From Eledone cirrhosa (Eukaryota): 64,000 nucleotides of DNA. Made by a program: the position numbers and the translations under genes. The number at the start of each line of letters is the position of its first letter. Within the stretch, counting starts at the first letter, position 1. Below the pieces are notes generated by a model. The model saw only the letters and a program-made list of their open reading frames with translations. It was not told the origin of the DNA and did no database searches. Shown in pieces: positions 1-12,637 of the stretch. The stretch lies in NCBI GenBank assembly GCA_964016885.1, contig OZ024744.1, forward strand, positions 8,618,001 through 8,682,000, read 5' to 3'.

Positions 1-13
1 TTTTTTAATATTT

Positions 14-77
14 TATATATATATATATGTATGTATATATATATGAATATGTATATATATATATATGTATATGTATG

Positions 78-176
<99 letters not shown>

Positions 177-307
177 ATATATATATGTATGTATATATAT
201 ATATATATGTATGTATATATATATATATATGTATGTATATATATATATATGTGTATGTATGTATATATATATATGTATGTATATATGTATGTATGTATAT
301 ATGTATG
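14..307. repeat. (AT)n/(ATGT)n microsatellite
   Basis: Directly visible dinucleotide/tetranucleotide run; explains the spurious YI-repeat ORFs. Confidence 0.97.
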
Positions 308-1040
308 AGGGAGCTTATAGATAGGACAACACACGCTGTCTTTTCGTGGGGGTAAGTTTTTAATTAATTTTTGTATTCTGAAACATCAAAATACAACAAT
401 TTGTTGGTCACTGGACTCGGGAATGTCACGACAGAAGTTTGTGGAAGTTACACAAATATTTTAGTATATTTTAGCAGAGCAATCCTTATTTATATTTTAC
501 ATTTTACATTTACTTACATCTCAATATAACATGGCTAAAATTCAAATTTTGCAAAGAGAAGAAAACGGTCAAATGAACTAGATACATCTCACTGTCCCCC
601 ACCACCACAATAACGTCTACACTCTCTCCCCACCATCACATGTCATTACACTATCTAGACTAAAGTCATCGACCTGTTGTCAAACTCTCTACTCTCTGTT
701 GAATGTGTATATATATATATATATGTGTGTATATATATGTGTGTATATACATAACTCAGTCAAACGACCAGATTTCAACCCCAACATCTACAACAACAAC
801 ACCAGCACTAATGTTTACAGCAACAACAGCTTCAGAATGAACTGAAATGAACATTTACAACAACAACAACAGCGGCATCAAAAGATAAAAAAAAAGAAAA
901 AGAAGGGAAAAAAAACAACAAAAAAAACCCCTCAAAATAACAAAACACACACAACACAACAACAACATCAACTGCCACCACCACCACTACCGCCGCCGCC
1001 ATCACCATCACCAGCGACCGGGCCTTAAGAAAACAACTTT
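308..1040 (+). other. Diverged copy of the 5' 'M' module (see 14268-15250)
   Basis: Starts GGGA right after the microsatellite, has GTAAGTTTT at about +45 and aataacATGgct at 531, and shares words (aactagatac, gtctacact) and CAC-rich tracts with 14268 and 49148. Similarity is patchy. Confidence 0.35.
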
Positions 1041-1200
1041 AATAATAATTTTTCTGCTTTTGGCACGGATCCAGCGACTAGCCCAGCGCATCACTGGTAC
1101 TCTCTTTTGTTGACTCCGTGGGGATGAAAGGCAAGGTTGACCTCGGCGGGATTTGAGCTCAGAGCGTGGAGGGCCGTGACTCTATGCTGTAAAGCAATTA
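1041..1200 (-). mobile_element. tRNA-derived SINE (cephalopod-type, Meta-domain-like core), partial
   Basis: Minus strand has a B-box-like gctcaaatcccgcc, then gaggtcaaccttgcctttcatcc...agtaccag, and an (ATT)n tail. Homologous to 35400-35588, 31760-31840 and 50035-50092. Confidence 0.75.
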
Positions 1201-1297
1201 TAATAATACTGGACTGTAGTACGATCGGCTTCAACTATACAAACTCTTGAAAGTGAATAGTTGACATAATCTTGTAATCTTGTATCAGTAATGACGG

Positions 1298-1340
<43 letters not shown>

Positions 1341-1344
<4 letters not shown>

Positions 1345-2149
1345 GAGAGTAAAACAAAGAATCCTTTAATACATCAAAAGTTTTTATTAGCCGACAATGT
1401 TTCGTCCTATTAAGGACTCTTCAGGGCAATTAAAACAACAAGAAGTAATATCGGCAGATACAAGCCGGAAGCTCCGAAGAATATGGAGTGTACATACACT
1501 AAAGTCTTGCAAAAATATATAATAAAAATAAAAATAATAAAAATATATAATAAGAATAACTAAGGATGTATATAACATTAAGAACCATATTACAAATATA
1601 GTCCGAAGCAACTAACCTAAAGCTAAACAAAGGTGGTTATATAGAGCAGGAATTATATATAACACAATGTAATATAATATAATACATTATAATAATATAC
1701 CTTTACCAACATTAAAATTACAATTAAAAAATCAAAAGGTACAATATATACATGTATATATGTGCGCACATACACACACACACACACACACATACAACAA
1801 TACGCACATCTATGTTCAACTACACAAATTAAGCCTTATTAGAAGTTTGAATATAAAAATAAGCATGATAAGAGTGAAAATAATAATAATACAAATACAT
1901 CCACCCAACATACATGAGGTAATAATATGATATACAAGAGACACATATAATAAATAATAAACAATAAAATTATATAATTCAATTCGAAACATTGTCGGCT
2001 AATAAAAACTTTTGATGTATTAAAGGATTCTTTATTTTACTCTCTTAATTTTTTGGCTCTGTTTAACTGCATTGAGCTATACCTTTTACTGTCATTTCTA
2101 TAATACGAAGAGGGTGTTTAACTCCAACACGCTCCAGTATTTTAATCCT

Positions 2150-2150
<1 letters not shown>
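1341..2150. mobile_element. Penelope-like element remnant: inverted pseudo-LTR pair between (AT)n tracts
   Basis: 1341-1404 and 1985-2049 form a near-perfect ~64-bp inverted repeat. The left arm runs into a hammerhead motif. Inverted pLTRs carrying hammerheads are typical of Penelope-like elements. Confidence 0.7.
1386..1430 (-). ncRNA. Minimal type I hammerhead ribozyme
   Basis: Minus strand AUUGCC-CUGAAGA-GUCCU-UAAU-AGGAC-GAAA-CAUU-GUC^GGCUAAU: intact CUGANGA/GAAA core, 5-bp stem II, stem I GCC/GGC, GUC cleavage triplet (cut 1393/1392). Confidence 0.85.
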
Positions 2151-2184
<34 letters not shown>

Positions 2185-2357
2185 AAGTGAGTAGAGTAGC
2201 GTGTGTGCGTTTGTTTGTATGTATGAGTGTTGCTGTGTGCGCGCATATGTATGCGCGTGTGTGTATGTCGTACGTATAAGTGTCAATAAGTGATTTTTTT
2301 TAATTTTTTTTTTTGCGCGGGGACATAGAAATAATCGGGCTGGATGTCCGATCGCGC

Positions 2358-2405
2358 AGTTAAACTACTGGGAGTGAACTGTAGTTCACTCCCAGTAGTT
2401 TAACT
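2358..2405. repeat. Perfect 23-bp inverted repeat with 2-nt spacer
   Basis: agttaaactactgggagtgaact-gt-agttcactcccagtagtttaact. Confidence 0.95.
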
Positions 2406-2620
2406 ACTAGCCCTTGTCAGGGCATTCTTCTGGGAGAAGGCATCTCAGGAAACTGGGTTAACTCCGACATAAAACCTGCGGCTCAGTAGTTACCGATGAT
2501 GTTGATCTTTTCTACTTTTCGGGTTATAGCTACTGTCGCTCAAGAGAGTGGGATTGGCTCAGTACACAGTCTTTCCTCACTTTAAAAATATTCGTCACGC
2601 ACAGGCATTGCACGAGTGCA
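2383..2620 (+). mobile_element. Probable RTE 5' leader / SINE-like repeat
   Basis: Lies just upstream of the RTE ORF; 2470-2612 recurs in diverged form at 5858-5997 (aagagagtggga..cact.taaaa..gcacaggcattgc). Confidence 0.45.
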
Positions 2621-2642
2621 TTAATAATTATTAATAGTGTAC

Positions 2643-2681
<39 letters not shown>

Positions 2682-2689
2682 TATTATTA
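2643..2689. repeat. (TTA)n microsatellite
   Basis: Visible trinucleotide run. Confidence 0.95.
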
Positions 2690-2705
2690 CTTTTTTTTTT
2701 TTTTA

Positions 2706-5700
2706 AATTCAATGATGTTCCAAAACAATATAAAAGAGATAATTGGCAATTTAGGTTCTGGAACAAAAAAGATTATTGGCAATAAGGGCAGGGGCCCCAG
2801 GTTATCACAGCCTGGGCGCGCTCGTCATCGTGCCATTGTAATAGAGCCAAACAAGGCATTTAGTCTTGGCTGCTGGAACGTACGGACGCTGCTTGGCAGG
2901 GATTCCTTGGGGCGGCCTGAACAAAGGAGCTTCGACGTTACGATCTTGACATCGTGGCTTTATCTGAGACGAGGCTAGCTGGAGATGGTCATATTACGGA
3001 ATTTTGTGGAGAATATACATTCTTCTGGAAAGGAAGAGATGAAGGAACCAGGAGAGAGGCTGGGGTAGGATTTGCTGTTAAGACTGTACTTGTGAACAAA
3101 TTAGAAGAATTCCCAGTAGGGATTAGTGAGCGTCTTATGTCCATGAGAGTTCCGCTGGACAAGGGAAGATATGCTACCCTGGTGAGTGTGTATGCTCCAA
3201 CTATGAGTTCTGTCGATGAGGAAAAGGTCTCCTTTTACCATGCCTTGAAAGGTGTTTTAAGAAATATCCCTCAGGCAGACAAAATCATCGTGCTTGGTGA
3301 CTTTAATGCTAGAGTGGGTAGGGATTTTAACATATGGAATGTAATCGGAAGGCATGGGGTGGGAAAGTGTAACAGCAATGGTATGCTCCTGCTGCAGATG
3401 TGTGAGGAGCTGGATCTGTGTGTTACCAACACCATATTCCAACAAAAGAACGAATTCAAGACCACATGGATGCATCCTGCATCTAAGGAATTGCATCTTT
3501 TGGACTACGTCCTAGTCAGGATGCGTGACAGACAGGATGTGCAGTGTGTTCGTGTTCTTCGTGGAGCTGAGTGCTGGTCGGACCACCGCCTGGTACGCGC
3601 AAAAGTGAAACTAATCACTAAACGTAAAATCCGGGCTCCTGGTGTTGCCCTGCCCAAAAGATTGAATGCTGCTCGTCTTAAGGATAAAAATGTGAAGAGG
3701 ACATTGGAAGAAGAGATGCAGGCTGCAGATCTTGGTGAGGATTGGCCGACCCTTAAAAAGTCGGTTTAAGATGTAGGCAGGCGTGTTCTGGGATTGGCGC
3801 AGAGGAAACATCAGGACTGGTTTGATGAGAATGATGAACATATAGAAGACTTGTTGGCTGATAAGAGGCGTGCTCTGTCACGCTACTTGACGGCAAAACC
3901 ACAGGAGAGGAATACGTTGCATGAGGAACTCAGGGATGTAAAATCACGTGTTAGGCGGAGTCTTTCTCAGATGAAGGATCAATGGTGGAGTGAGAAGGCT
4001 GGTGAGATACAAATTGCGTCTGATTCCAATAACACAAAGCTGTTGTACAGTCTCTTGCGTGAGGTTTATGGACCGTCTTCTTCTCTGGTGACACCGCTTC
4101 GCAGCAAGGATGGCAAAGAACTTCTTCGTGACTCACAAGGAATTCTACGAAGGTGGCGAGAGCACTTTGATGATCTTTTGAATCAGCCGTCTGTCGTCAG
4201 TGAAGATTTCCTCAATCTCATTCCAGAAAGTCCTGTGAAAGTAGCTCTCGCAGAACCCCCGACGCTTGTGGAGGTTGCAGTGGCTATTTCGAAGCTGAAC
4301 AGTGGAAGATCTCCAGGTATGGATGGCATACATGCTGAGCTCCTACAATATGGTGGTGAGAGACTCCTGCAACATCTTCACTCTTTGTTTGGCAGGATAT
4401 GGGCTAATGAATCCGTACCTGAGGAATGGAGAGCTGCAGTAATGGTGGTCTTGTACAAGGGAAAGGGTAACAGGAACGATTGTGGGAACTACAGAGGTAT
4501 ATCATTGCTTTCTGTCGTAGGGAAAGTTTTATGTAGGGTGCTTCTGGACCGTCTGCTGACACACATTGCAGATTGTGTTCTTCCTGAAAGTCAATCTGGT
4601 TTTCGTGCTGGACGCGGCACTACTGATATGATCTTCTCAGCTAGACAGCTCCGGGAGAAGTGCATGGAACAAGGCTTGGATCTGTATCAGGTTTTTGTCG
4701 ATCTGACAAAAGCTTTCGTTCGATACTGTTAACAGAGATGCATTATGGAAGGTTCTCCAGAAACTTGGTTGCCCTGATAAGTTCCTTGCTTTAGTTAGGT
4801 CTTTCCATGACGACATGAAGGCTTGGGTTAATGTCGGGGGTAACATGTCGGAGCCTATCTCAGTAAAAAATGGAGTGAAACAGGGGGATATTCCAGCACC
4901 GACCCTGTTTGCCATATACTTTGCAATGGTTTTCTGTATTGCATTCAGGAATTGCGAGCATGGTGTTTACATCCGATATCGAACCTCAGGCGGCATATTT
5001 AACATCAGTCGCTTTGCTGCAAAAACAAAAGTATTTACATCAATCATAAGAGACCTCTTGTATGCAAATGACTGCGATCTTGTAGCGCACACAGAGAGTG
5101 ATATGCATTTTGAATGCATTTTGAATGCATTTTCTGACGCTTGCACTGCCCTAGGTCTGACTGTCAGTCTCAAGAAAACCGTCGTCATGTACCAACCTGC
5201 CCCTGGTAAGCAGTACACTGAACCAAACATCTATGTGTATGGCAAACGACTTGGAGTGGTTGATCAGTTTGTCTACCTGGGAAGCACTGTCAATCGATAC
5301 AGCAACCTTGACAGGGAAATCTCACTTAGGATTAGGAAAGCAAGTGATGCTTTCGGAAAGCTAGAAAGGCGACTCTGGGGTCGGCGAGACATATGCAGGA
5401 GGACAAAGGTAAAGGTGTACAGGGCATGTGTACTCTCTTGTCTTCTTTATGCCTGCGAGATCTGGGTCACATATCGACACCACCTTAAGCAATTGGAGCG
5501 TTTCCATCAGATGTGTCTCAGACGGATCCATGGCGTTCACTGGAGGGACCACATCAGTGATGTCGAGATTTTGGAAAGCTCTATGTGTGACAGTATAGAA
5601 GCTCTTGTGCTTAAGCAACGACTCCGTTGGAGTGGTCACCTTGCCAGGATGAAGGATTCTAGAATACCAAAACAACTCTTTTATGGAGTTGGTTAAAGGA

Positions 5701-5783
5701 AAACGACCGCCACATAAACCAAAAAAGAGGTATAAGGATTCCTTGAAAGCCTCTCTGAAAGACGCTAACATTTCTGCTGATAC
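2706..5783 (+). mobile_element. RTE-clade LINE (APE endonuclease + RT), decayed, 3' end lost at an (ATGT)n tract
   Basis: ORF pieces 2954-3769 (ALSETRL, VYAPT, GDFNARVG, SDH), 3794-4732 (SPGMDGI, NYRGISLLS, FVDLTKAF) and 4815-5696 (GVKQG, LYANDC, LRWSGH). Contains stops and frameshifts. Confidence 0.92.
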
Positions 5784-5830
5784 ATGTATGTATGTATGTA
5801 TGTCTGTCTGTATGTATGTATGTATGTATG

Positions 5831-5860
<30 letters not shown>
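5783..5860. repeat. (ATGT)n microsatellite
   Basis: Visible tetranucleotide run. Confidence 0.95.
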
Positions 5861-5861
<1 letters not shown>

Positions 5862-7242
5862 CACCTGCAACCCTGATGGTATCCAATGATGTTGACTTGT
5901 TCTTCTTTTTGGTAAATATCATCTTGGTTAAGAGAGTGGGACTGGCTTTGTGCAGTGCCTTTGCTCACTATAAAAGCTTCACAGCACAGGCATTGCTTTA
6001 TATCTGGAGATCTCTCTGCACTTGTCGTCACATGGTACCATGGGCCCAGCACTATGTGTCAATAATTGTCACAGGTGTAGTGTTTGTACCAGAGTTTTCA
6101 AGTCGCTGGACTAAAAAGTCACACTCGTTCAGCGCACCGGTAGGGGTTCTCCTACATGGATATAAAGTAGTAGCCGTACTCGAAAACGAGTTGGCAGCCA
6201 TCACCATGTATGAAGGCTTCCCCAGTTTCCGTCTACCACATTTTACTCACAATGCATTGGTTAAGCTGACACCATAATAAACGGCACTTGCTCAGAGAAC
6301 AGAGAGTCGAAACTCAGACTGTCTGTAGAATGAATCCTTGGGAGTGAAATTTGGTATTAAAACACTGGATGTCTAATTTCCATTCATATGGCTTCATTCG
6401 ACCGAGTCTTTAGAACGCTGGACATTGGTTCCGTCTCTCTGAGTTAATGTTATTTCCAGTTCTTTAATGGTGAATGCAACCCATCCTCTAGTTTAGCACC
6501 ACCATCCACTGACCCTTGACTCAATTTGCGTGGTTCGTGCTATTTTAATCAATAAATTCTTTTGTTCCACTAAGCAGTCTTATAATTAGTAAAAAGTGTG
6601 CTGGCAATCGCCATTGCTCCTCTCACAAAGTGATACTAAAATATAACGTCTCAGTTCACTTTCAAATCGTAATTATACATTAAAGTGAAAACCGTGATAG
6701 ATTCACTCCTACAATATACATTATTATTGACTTTCACTATTGTGCGAATCAAATATCGATTTTTAATTTAGTGCAATGTAATTCTCACTAAAGTGTTCGA
6801 TGACCATTTTGTTTCAGGGTATTCGGTGCTCGAAATATAACTGAATACATTCTAAATTAGAATATATTTCTAGAAATATCATTAATATCTTATAATGTGA
6901 GTGTAAAGGAAGAGTTTAGTTGCAGTCAACCTTAATAATTATCTTTGTTCTAATGGGCCGGCACATTGATGAATCACTAACTCATTACAGCATAATAACG
7001 AAACATATCGAAAATTTAATTCTGTTCTCATTGATTAAGATTTTCTCTCCAGATAAACAAGATACAAATCATAATGCTCCTTATTGAGAGAAAGAAAATT
7101 ATGAAGTGAAATTCAAAAGAGAATTTATGCTTTCTCTAATTATAAAAATTAATTTGATTTCAAGTACAACAATTTGGAAACAATATCCCGTTATTTATTC
7201 CCTATTGTGCAAATATCTTTTGGTCTAATTTATTCTAATTAG

Positions 7243-7313
7243 GTTCGTTTCTCAACAACATATATTTCCTCTCTATCAGATGTGAACACAAGTATTCTTC
7301 GTGCTAAAAATAG
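7243..7313 (+). CDS. Candidate 71-nt host exon (VRFSTTYISSLSDVNTSILRAKN)
   Basis: ctaat branch-like motifs and tattctaattAG acceptor, open frame, AG|GTATGT donor, in unique AT-rich DNA. No homology recognised. Confidence 0.3.
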
Positions 7314-7861
7314 GTATGTTTATATTTTCCAATCGAATTTAATTATATTCTAGATATTATTTGAGTATTTTTTATCGAAATTGTAATTGAATATTTTATT
7401 AAATTTTTGCAAATTTTTGCAATCTTTATTGATATTGATATGGACGAAGAAAAATAAAAAAACAGATTGCATTATCTTATTTTTAGTTTATATGTTGATA
7501 ATTTTCATACATAATGACTAATAAATTGTATTATATATTACACTGGTCAATAATATAAACATTATATTCCTTTGGAGATTAAATCTGGTATTTTTAAATA
7601 CGCTTTGAAATTTAATCTCAAATATATTCTTTTCCTCAAGCACGTCAAATATCTTGAAATCTTACAATTTTTTTAATATTCACTGTTTTATAATTACATG
7701 ACGTTTTATTAAATAATATTTACTACACAATTGGTTCATTTCTTGAACTATACTTTATAATTCCGTACGTAATTAACCCCAACCCCATTTTGATATCAGA
7801 AATACAATTAGACAATTGAAACATAAATACATTTATATACATATATTTATATATGTATATA

Positions 7862-8223
7862 CATATACATACATACTTACACTTAAGTATCAGCCGTACT
7901 ACGAGTGAGAAATGAATTTCGTTTCATTCTTTTCCATTTATCGTTTTCGGTGCTCCCGGCCAACTAACTCACTCGATATGCAAATTAGGCTGCTCAGCCG
8001 TTAATATGCATAAGGAAAGTATATACTTTCAGACGTTCAATCATCTGACAGGTAGGTATACGATGCTGACGATAGCTAATAAGCTTGAAACTAGTACATC
8101 GTTCCTGTGTCAGTTTGAACAAAAACGCGACGATGGTTGCCTGAACACTGTACGGCGTAATTCGGACTGTTTGCTTACAAACAAACCGAACATTATAATA
8201 AATGTTCGGTAAACCCATACATG

Positions 8224-8299
<76 letters not shown>

Positions 8300-8406
8300 C
8301 ATGTATGTATATATATACATACTAGTGTAAGTTTGTATACATACATACTTACACTTAAGTATCAGCCGTACTAAGAGTGAGAAATGAAATTTCGTTTCAT
8401 TCTTTT
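7862..8406 (+). repeat. ~70-bp direct repeat pair (7862-7933, 8334-8406)
   Basis: catacatacttacacttaagtatcagccgtacta.gagtgagaaatgaa.tttcgtttcattctttt occurs twice, about 470 bp apart. Confidence 0.85.
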
Positions 8407-9440
8407 ATATATATATATATATATATTTATTAAAATCTAAAAGACAACCATACCCAATATAAGTTACACTGGGAGATCCTAGCTAGGGCTAGGTCGTATA
8501 ACGGAAATATAAGACCATGTGACCTCTGCGCCGCTGAGGTTCTGGAAATACTCTACGCCAAAGTCCACATCTTAAACAAAAAATCTGAGAATTTCGGCTT
8601 GTAAACATAAATTGCACAAAACTTTCCTGTATTACAGCCCCACATTATACCCTAACGGATAATACGAACTATATGCGGATATTTTACGTCTTGATGTGGT
8701 AGCTAAGTATATGTTATGTTTATACCATTATTTATTTGTATAGGTAAGTATATATTACCTGTATGTTTTGTGAAGGTACGTATACTTCCTCGTACGTATA
8801 TTTGATTGTATGTGTTTTGGCGTAAATATTATATATTCTGGTACATATGCTTTTGGTTATGTGTATACGTGAGTTTTGCGTCTGTGTGAGTATGCGGGTT
8901 CGTACGTATGTAGGGTGTGTGTATATGTGTACTTCGTGTTTTGGTTGACGTACATCTCCGAACATATGTGTATTTACATGTAGGTATGTGTGTGCGCTTG
9001 TTATATACGTATTTATTTATTTATATACGTTTATTTAATTATATGTATACACGCACACACACACATATATATATATTAATATGTATATTTTTATATATTA
9101 TTTTATGCGTATTTGGTGTATACATTCGTATACGTGCGGGTACAGGCGTTGCGTGGGTTCTGTATGTGCGTGCGGGTTTTTTTTGTGTACGTGCGTGTAT
9201 TTGTATACCTATGGCGAGTGTTTACGCGTATGGTTGTGTATGTAGGTATATGGATGCGTGTATGTATTTATTTATTTTCGATTACCTCTGTATTTTATTT
9301 ACTTTATTCTTAACTCTGAAGCCGAGAATCATTCGGTTTCCTAGTTAGAATTTTAGTCTACGACTTCAGTTATACCAGTTGTAGTGTACATCTATGTATT
9401 GAGCAATATAATTTCTTTGTGATGAAAGAATGGTATTTAA

Positions 9441-10900
9441 CTAATGTATTGGTACGCGATGGGGCCCACCCACAGCCCCGGCGGACAGAATGGAGAAGGC
9501 GTTTCCCCGGAGGACGGCAAGGGAGACACGCTGGAAAATCCACTCCAACTCGCGAGGCTTACACCTACGGCTGGCCAGCTCAGCGCCTATGGTGGTGAGT
9601 AAGGAAGTAGCCCTGGGGACGAGGACACCAGAAGTTTCCACTGCCAGGAGAACGACCGCAAACCTGTCGGAGAGCGACCAGTATTTGAGGAGTTTGGCTC
9701 CTCATCCCGACGTGCAGCAGAACCTGGGTCAGTCGCAGACTGCACCAGATTGTGGCTGCAGAAAGTGTCGGTGCAAGTGGCATCCCAGACGAGGGGTTTG
9801 CCACCACAGAACGGGAAGATGGTCATGCCATCTGGCCTTTTGCCGTCCCCTCGATCCAGCCCCGCCGGTTCGAGCTGGGAAGGGAAGCCTGCAGCGTCCA
9901 AGCCACGCTTAATGACCTCGTTGAGGGCAACATGGCATAGAATGCGGCCCGCACTGTGCCGATAGGAAAGCGGGTGGAGGCCGAAAGAGTCCACGGTGGA
10001 CCCGCAGCGACATAGGTGTGGCTGGCAGATCCGGAGGCCGAGCCTCAAGGAAACGCCGATTCACAGGCTATGGTTGTCTAGCTGCGTGCCAGTGGAGAAG
10101 GAGGGCAGAGCATGGAGCCAGGCACCACTGTGGGCTTTGGAGGCCGCACGAAAACAAGCAAGGCGGTGCTGGTCGAGCTTGCGCGTGAGCCTGTCTGAGG
10201 CCAGGCTGCACTGGATGGCATCCCAAGTGCGTTAGGGGGACTTGACGTCAACAGGAGGAGAAGGAGGAGGGACGTCTACTGGGCTAAGTCTCAGCTGGTC
10301 CCATGTCTCACAGGCGGCCTCACGTTCTCTGAACACAGAGGGTTCTGTTGTGTTTTGAAGAACCCTGCTGACGAGTAGGCGGCACGAGGTTACTGACGAA
10401 AGATACGGGCAAAGCTAGCGAGATCGGGGACCAGAGGCCTAGGCCGCCATACCTGACCGGTAAAGTGGCCTGTTGCCACCCTATGTCGTCAAACTTGACA
10501 TTGCATATCCCCTCGGCTGCTGCTCGGATACAAGTATCGAGGTCAGCGAGGAGAGATGTCTGGGTGCAGCATGGAGCGCTGCAGAGTGTATAGAGGAGCT
10601 TCGGCATGGCGAAGCAGTTCCTCAGCAGAAAGAGAGCTGGGTGGCCGTCAATCAAGCCCAGTCGGCTCGTGAGAGTCTGGAGCTGTTGAAGCCTGGACCT
10701 GATGGTGGAGCGGATGGCCAGCGGGTGGATCGGTGACCCGAGGATGAGGACATCCTCTTTGGGGCTCACCTGAACCTGGCGGAGAATGGCCCGCACGTCC
10801 TAGACGGAGGCTGCAAAGCTCACAGCATCGAGGCTGACGTTCACCACCTCCGACTTGGCCTTGTTGACCTGGAGGCCGATTCCCGCCAGGGCAGGAATCA
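9441..10900 (-). mobile_element. CRE-clade non-LTR retrotransposon, 5'-truncated and decayed (RT C-terminus + zinc finger + RLE)
   Basis: GC-rich island. ORF pieces: GLQVNKAKSEV, QATLPVRYGGLGL, CRCG...HPLS...H, KRPDGMTIFPF..GKPLVWDATCTDT, FQRVSLAVLRGNA. Confidence 0.85.
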
Positions 10901-10907
10901 CCGATTT

Positions 10908-11150
10908 ACGTGGTTTTGTCTTTGCGTGCAATTGTTCTCCCCGATCCACATATGACGTATTATCTTCGTTTTTTCCGTTCATTGCCAGAGAACGTCTCCA
11001 CGAACCACCTAAGAGAATATTAGTCTACGACTTCTTTTATACCATAAACGTGGTTCTGTCTTTGCGTGTAATTGTTTTCACCGCTCCAAATAATGACGTA
11101 TATATTCGCTTTTTCCCGTTCTTTGCCAGGGAACGTTTCCACGAACCAAA
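10908..11150 (+). repeat. Degenerate ~140-bp tandem repeat (2 units)
   Basis: acgtggtt.tgtctttgcgtg.aattgtt...gaacgt.tccacgaacca at 10908 and 11048. Confidence 0.85.
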
Positions 11151-11384
11151 GTATCGTCTTCCTCTCTTCCCCCGGTTGCAACGTTTTTTGAAATATTCAC
11201 TTCTGCGTTCACAGATTGACTTTGTTAGTTTCAGAAGATCCCGCTAAGGGTGAAAGCAGCGATTCTTTGCTTAAACTTTAATCTGTTATTTTAATAAATA
11301 TTTGCTCTACGGTTCTTATATATTTGATATATATTTATCCTTATCGAGCCCTCTTTGGATTTTAGTCTTCAAATTTATTATTAT

Positions 11385-11514
<130 letters not shown>

Positions 11515-11524
11515 TGTATATATA

Positions 11525-11920
11525 TAAATAATAATAATAATGAAATTATTATGTAAAGTGCTCAGGTGCACTAGAACCCGTCATAGAATAATACACAAAT
11601 GTCAGGGAAGTGAATAGTGTATGAGTCATGATATACATGTGTGTATGTGTATGGAGGGGGAATATTAGGTGTAGTGTTGATGAATCTCAGGAAGCATGGA
11701 TGTTTTAAAAAATGCAGTGTCTCGACAGCTAACTGATGCAGGTAGTTTGTTCCATGCTTCAGCAACTCTGGGCGTGAAAAAATCTTTCCGAAAGTCATGG
11801 GAACTGTTATGTTTTCTGACTTTGTGGGCATGTCCACGTGTGTTAGACACATGGAAAACAAAAAGGTACTCAGGGTTGTTGTTGGCAAGAGGGTAAATAA
11901 TGTTGTGGGTGTTTACCAAG
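11525..11920 (-). mobile_element. CR1-clade LINE 3' fragment
   Basis: Encodes SNTRGHAHKVRK...RKDFFTPRVAEAWNKLP (the CR1 C-terminal TRGH / FF..RV...WN.LP signature), followed by a 3' UTR and (ATT)n tail. Confidence 0.85.
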
Positions 11921-12284
11921 TATATATATATACATACACACTTTTACTCCTTCACCTGTTCCAGTCATCCAGAGAGAAAGAGAGAGAGAGGGTGGAATTG
12001 GTCACAGCACGGAGATATATTTAAGGATCTGTTTTTCTTTTTATCTTCTTTGATTCGCTATTATTGAAAAAATGAGAGGAACAATTCTTTAAAAAAAAGA
12101 GGAGTTTTATAATGTATATAAAATATATAAAATATAACCGGTTTCGATGTATCAGTGTGAACCATCAAATGTTGAATATTACAATTAAAAATAAGTAAAA
12201 AGAATAAAAAATGTTTAATTTAAAATTAAGTGTTAAAAAGGTTTGTTTAACTTTCTTGTTGTGAAGACTGGATCTAAAATGGAA

Positions 12285-12357
<73 letters not shown>

Positions 12358-12498
12358 GTCATTTTTTCAATAATGTCACTTTGACGAATCAAAGAAGAAG
12401 AAAAAATCAGATCCTTAAATATATTCTCCGTGCTATTTCCAACTCCGCCTTTTTTATACCCCTGTTTTGTATAGAACCTTATATATATATATATATCT

Positions 12499-12555
<57 letters not shown>

Positions 12556-12637
12556 AAGGGTAAACAGAAATAACAACACAATCGGTACAGTATATGGAAG
12601 GGATATATTAAGTTAACGCTTGATATAGCAGAAAGAA

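Noticed and set aside
5-355. YI/CM-repeat ORFs (also 7994-8346, 11302-11571, 12165-12581, and poly-I/L/Y ORFs at AAT tracts)
   Set aside because: Translations of stop-free microsatellites, not genes.
12135-12170. Third hammerhead candidate (GAUG..CAUC GAAACCGGUUA on -)
   Set aside because: No CUGANGA core in the right position.
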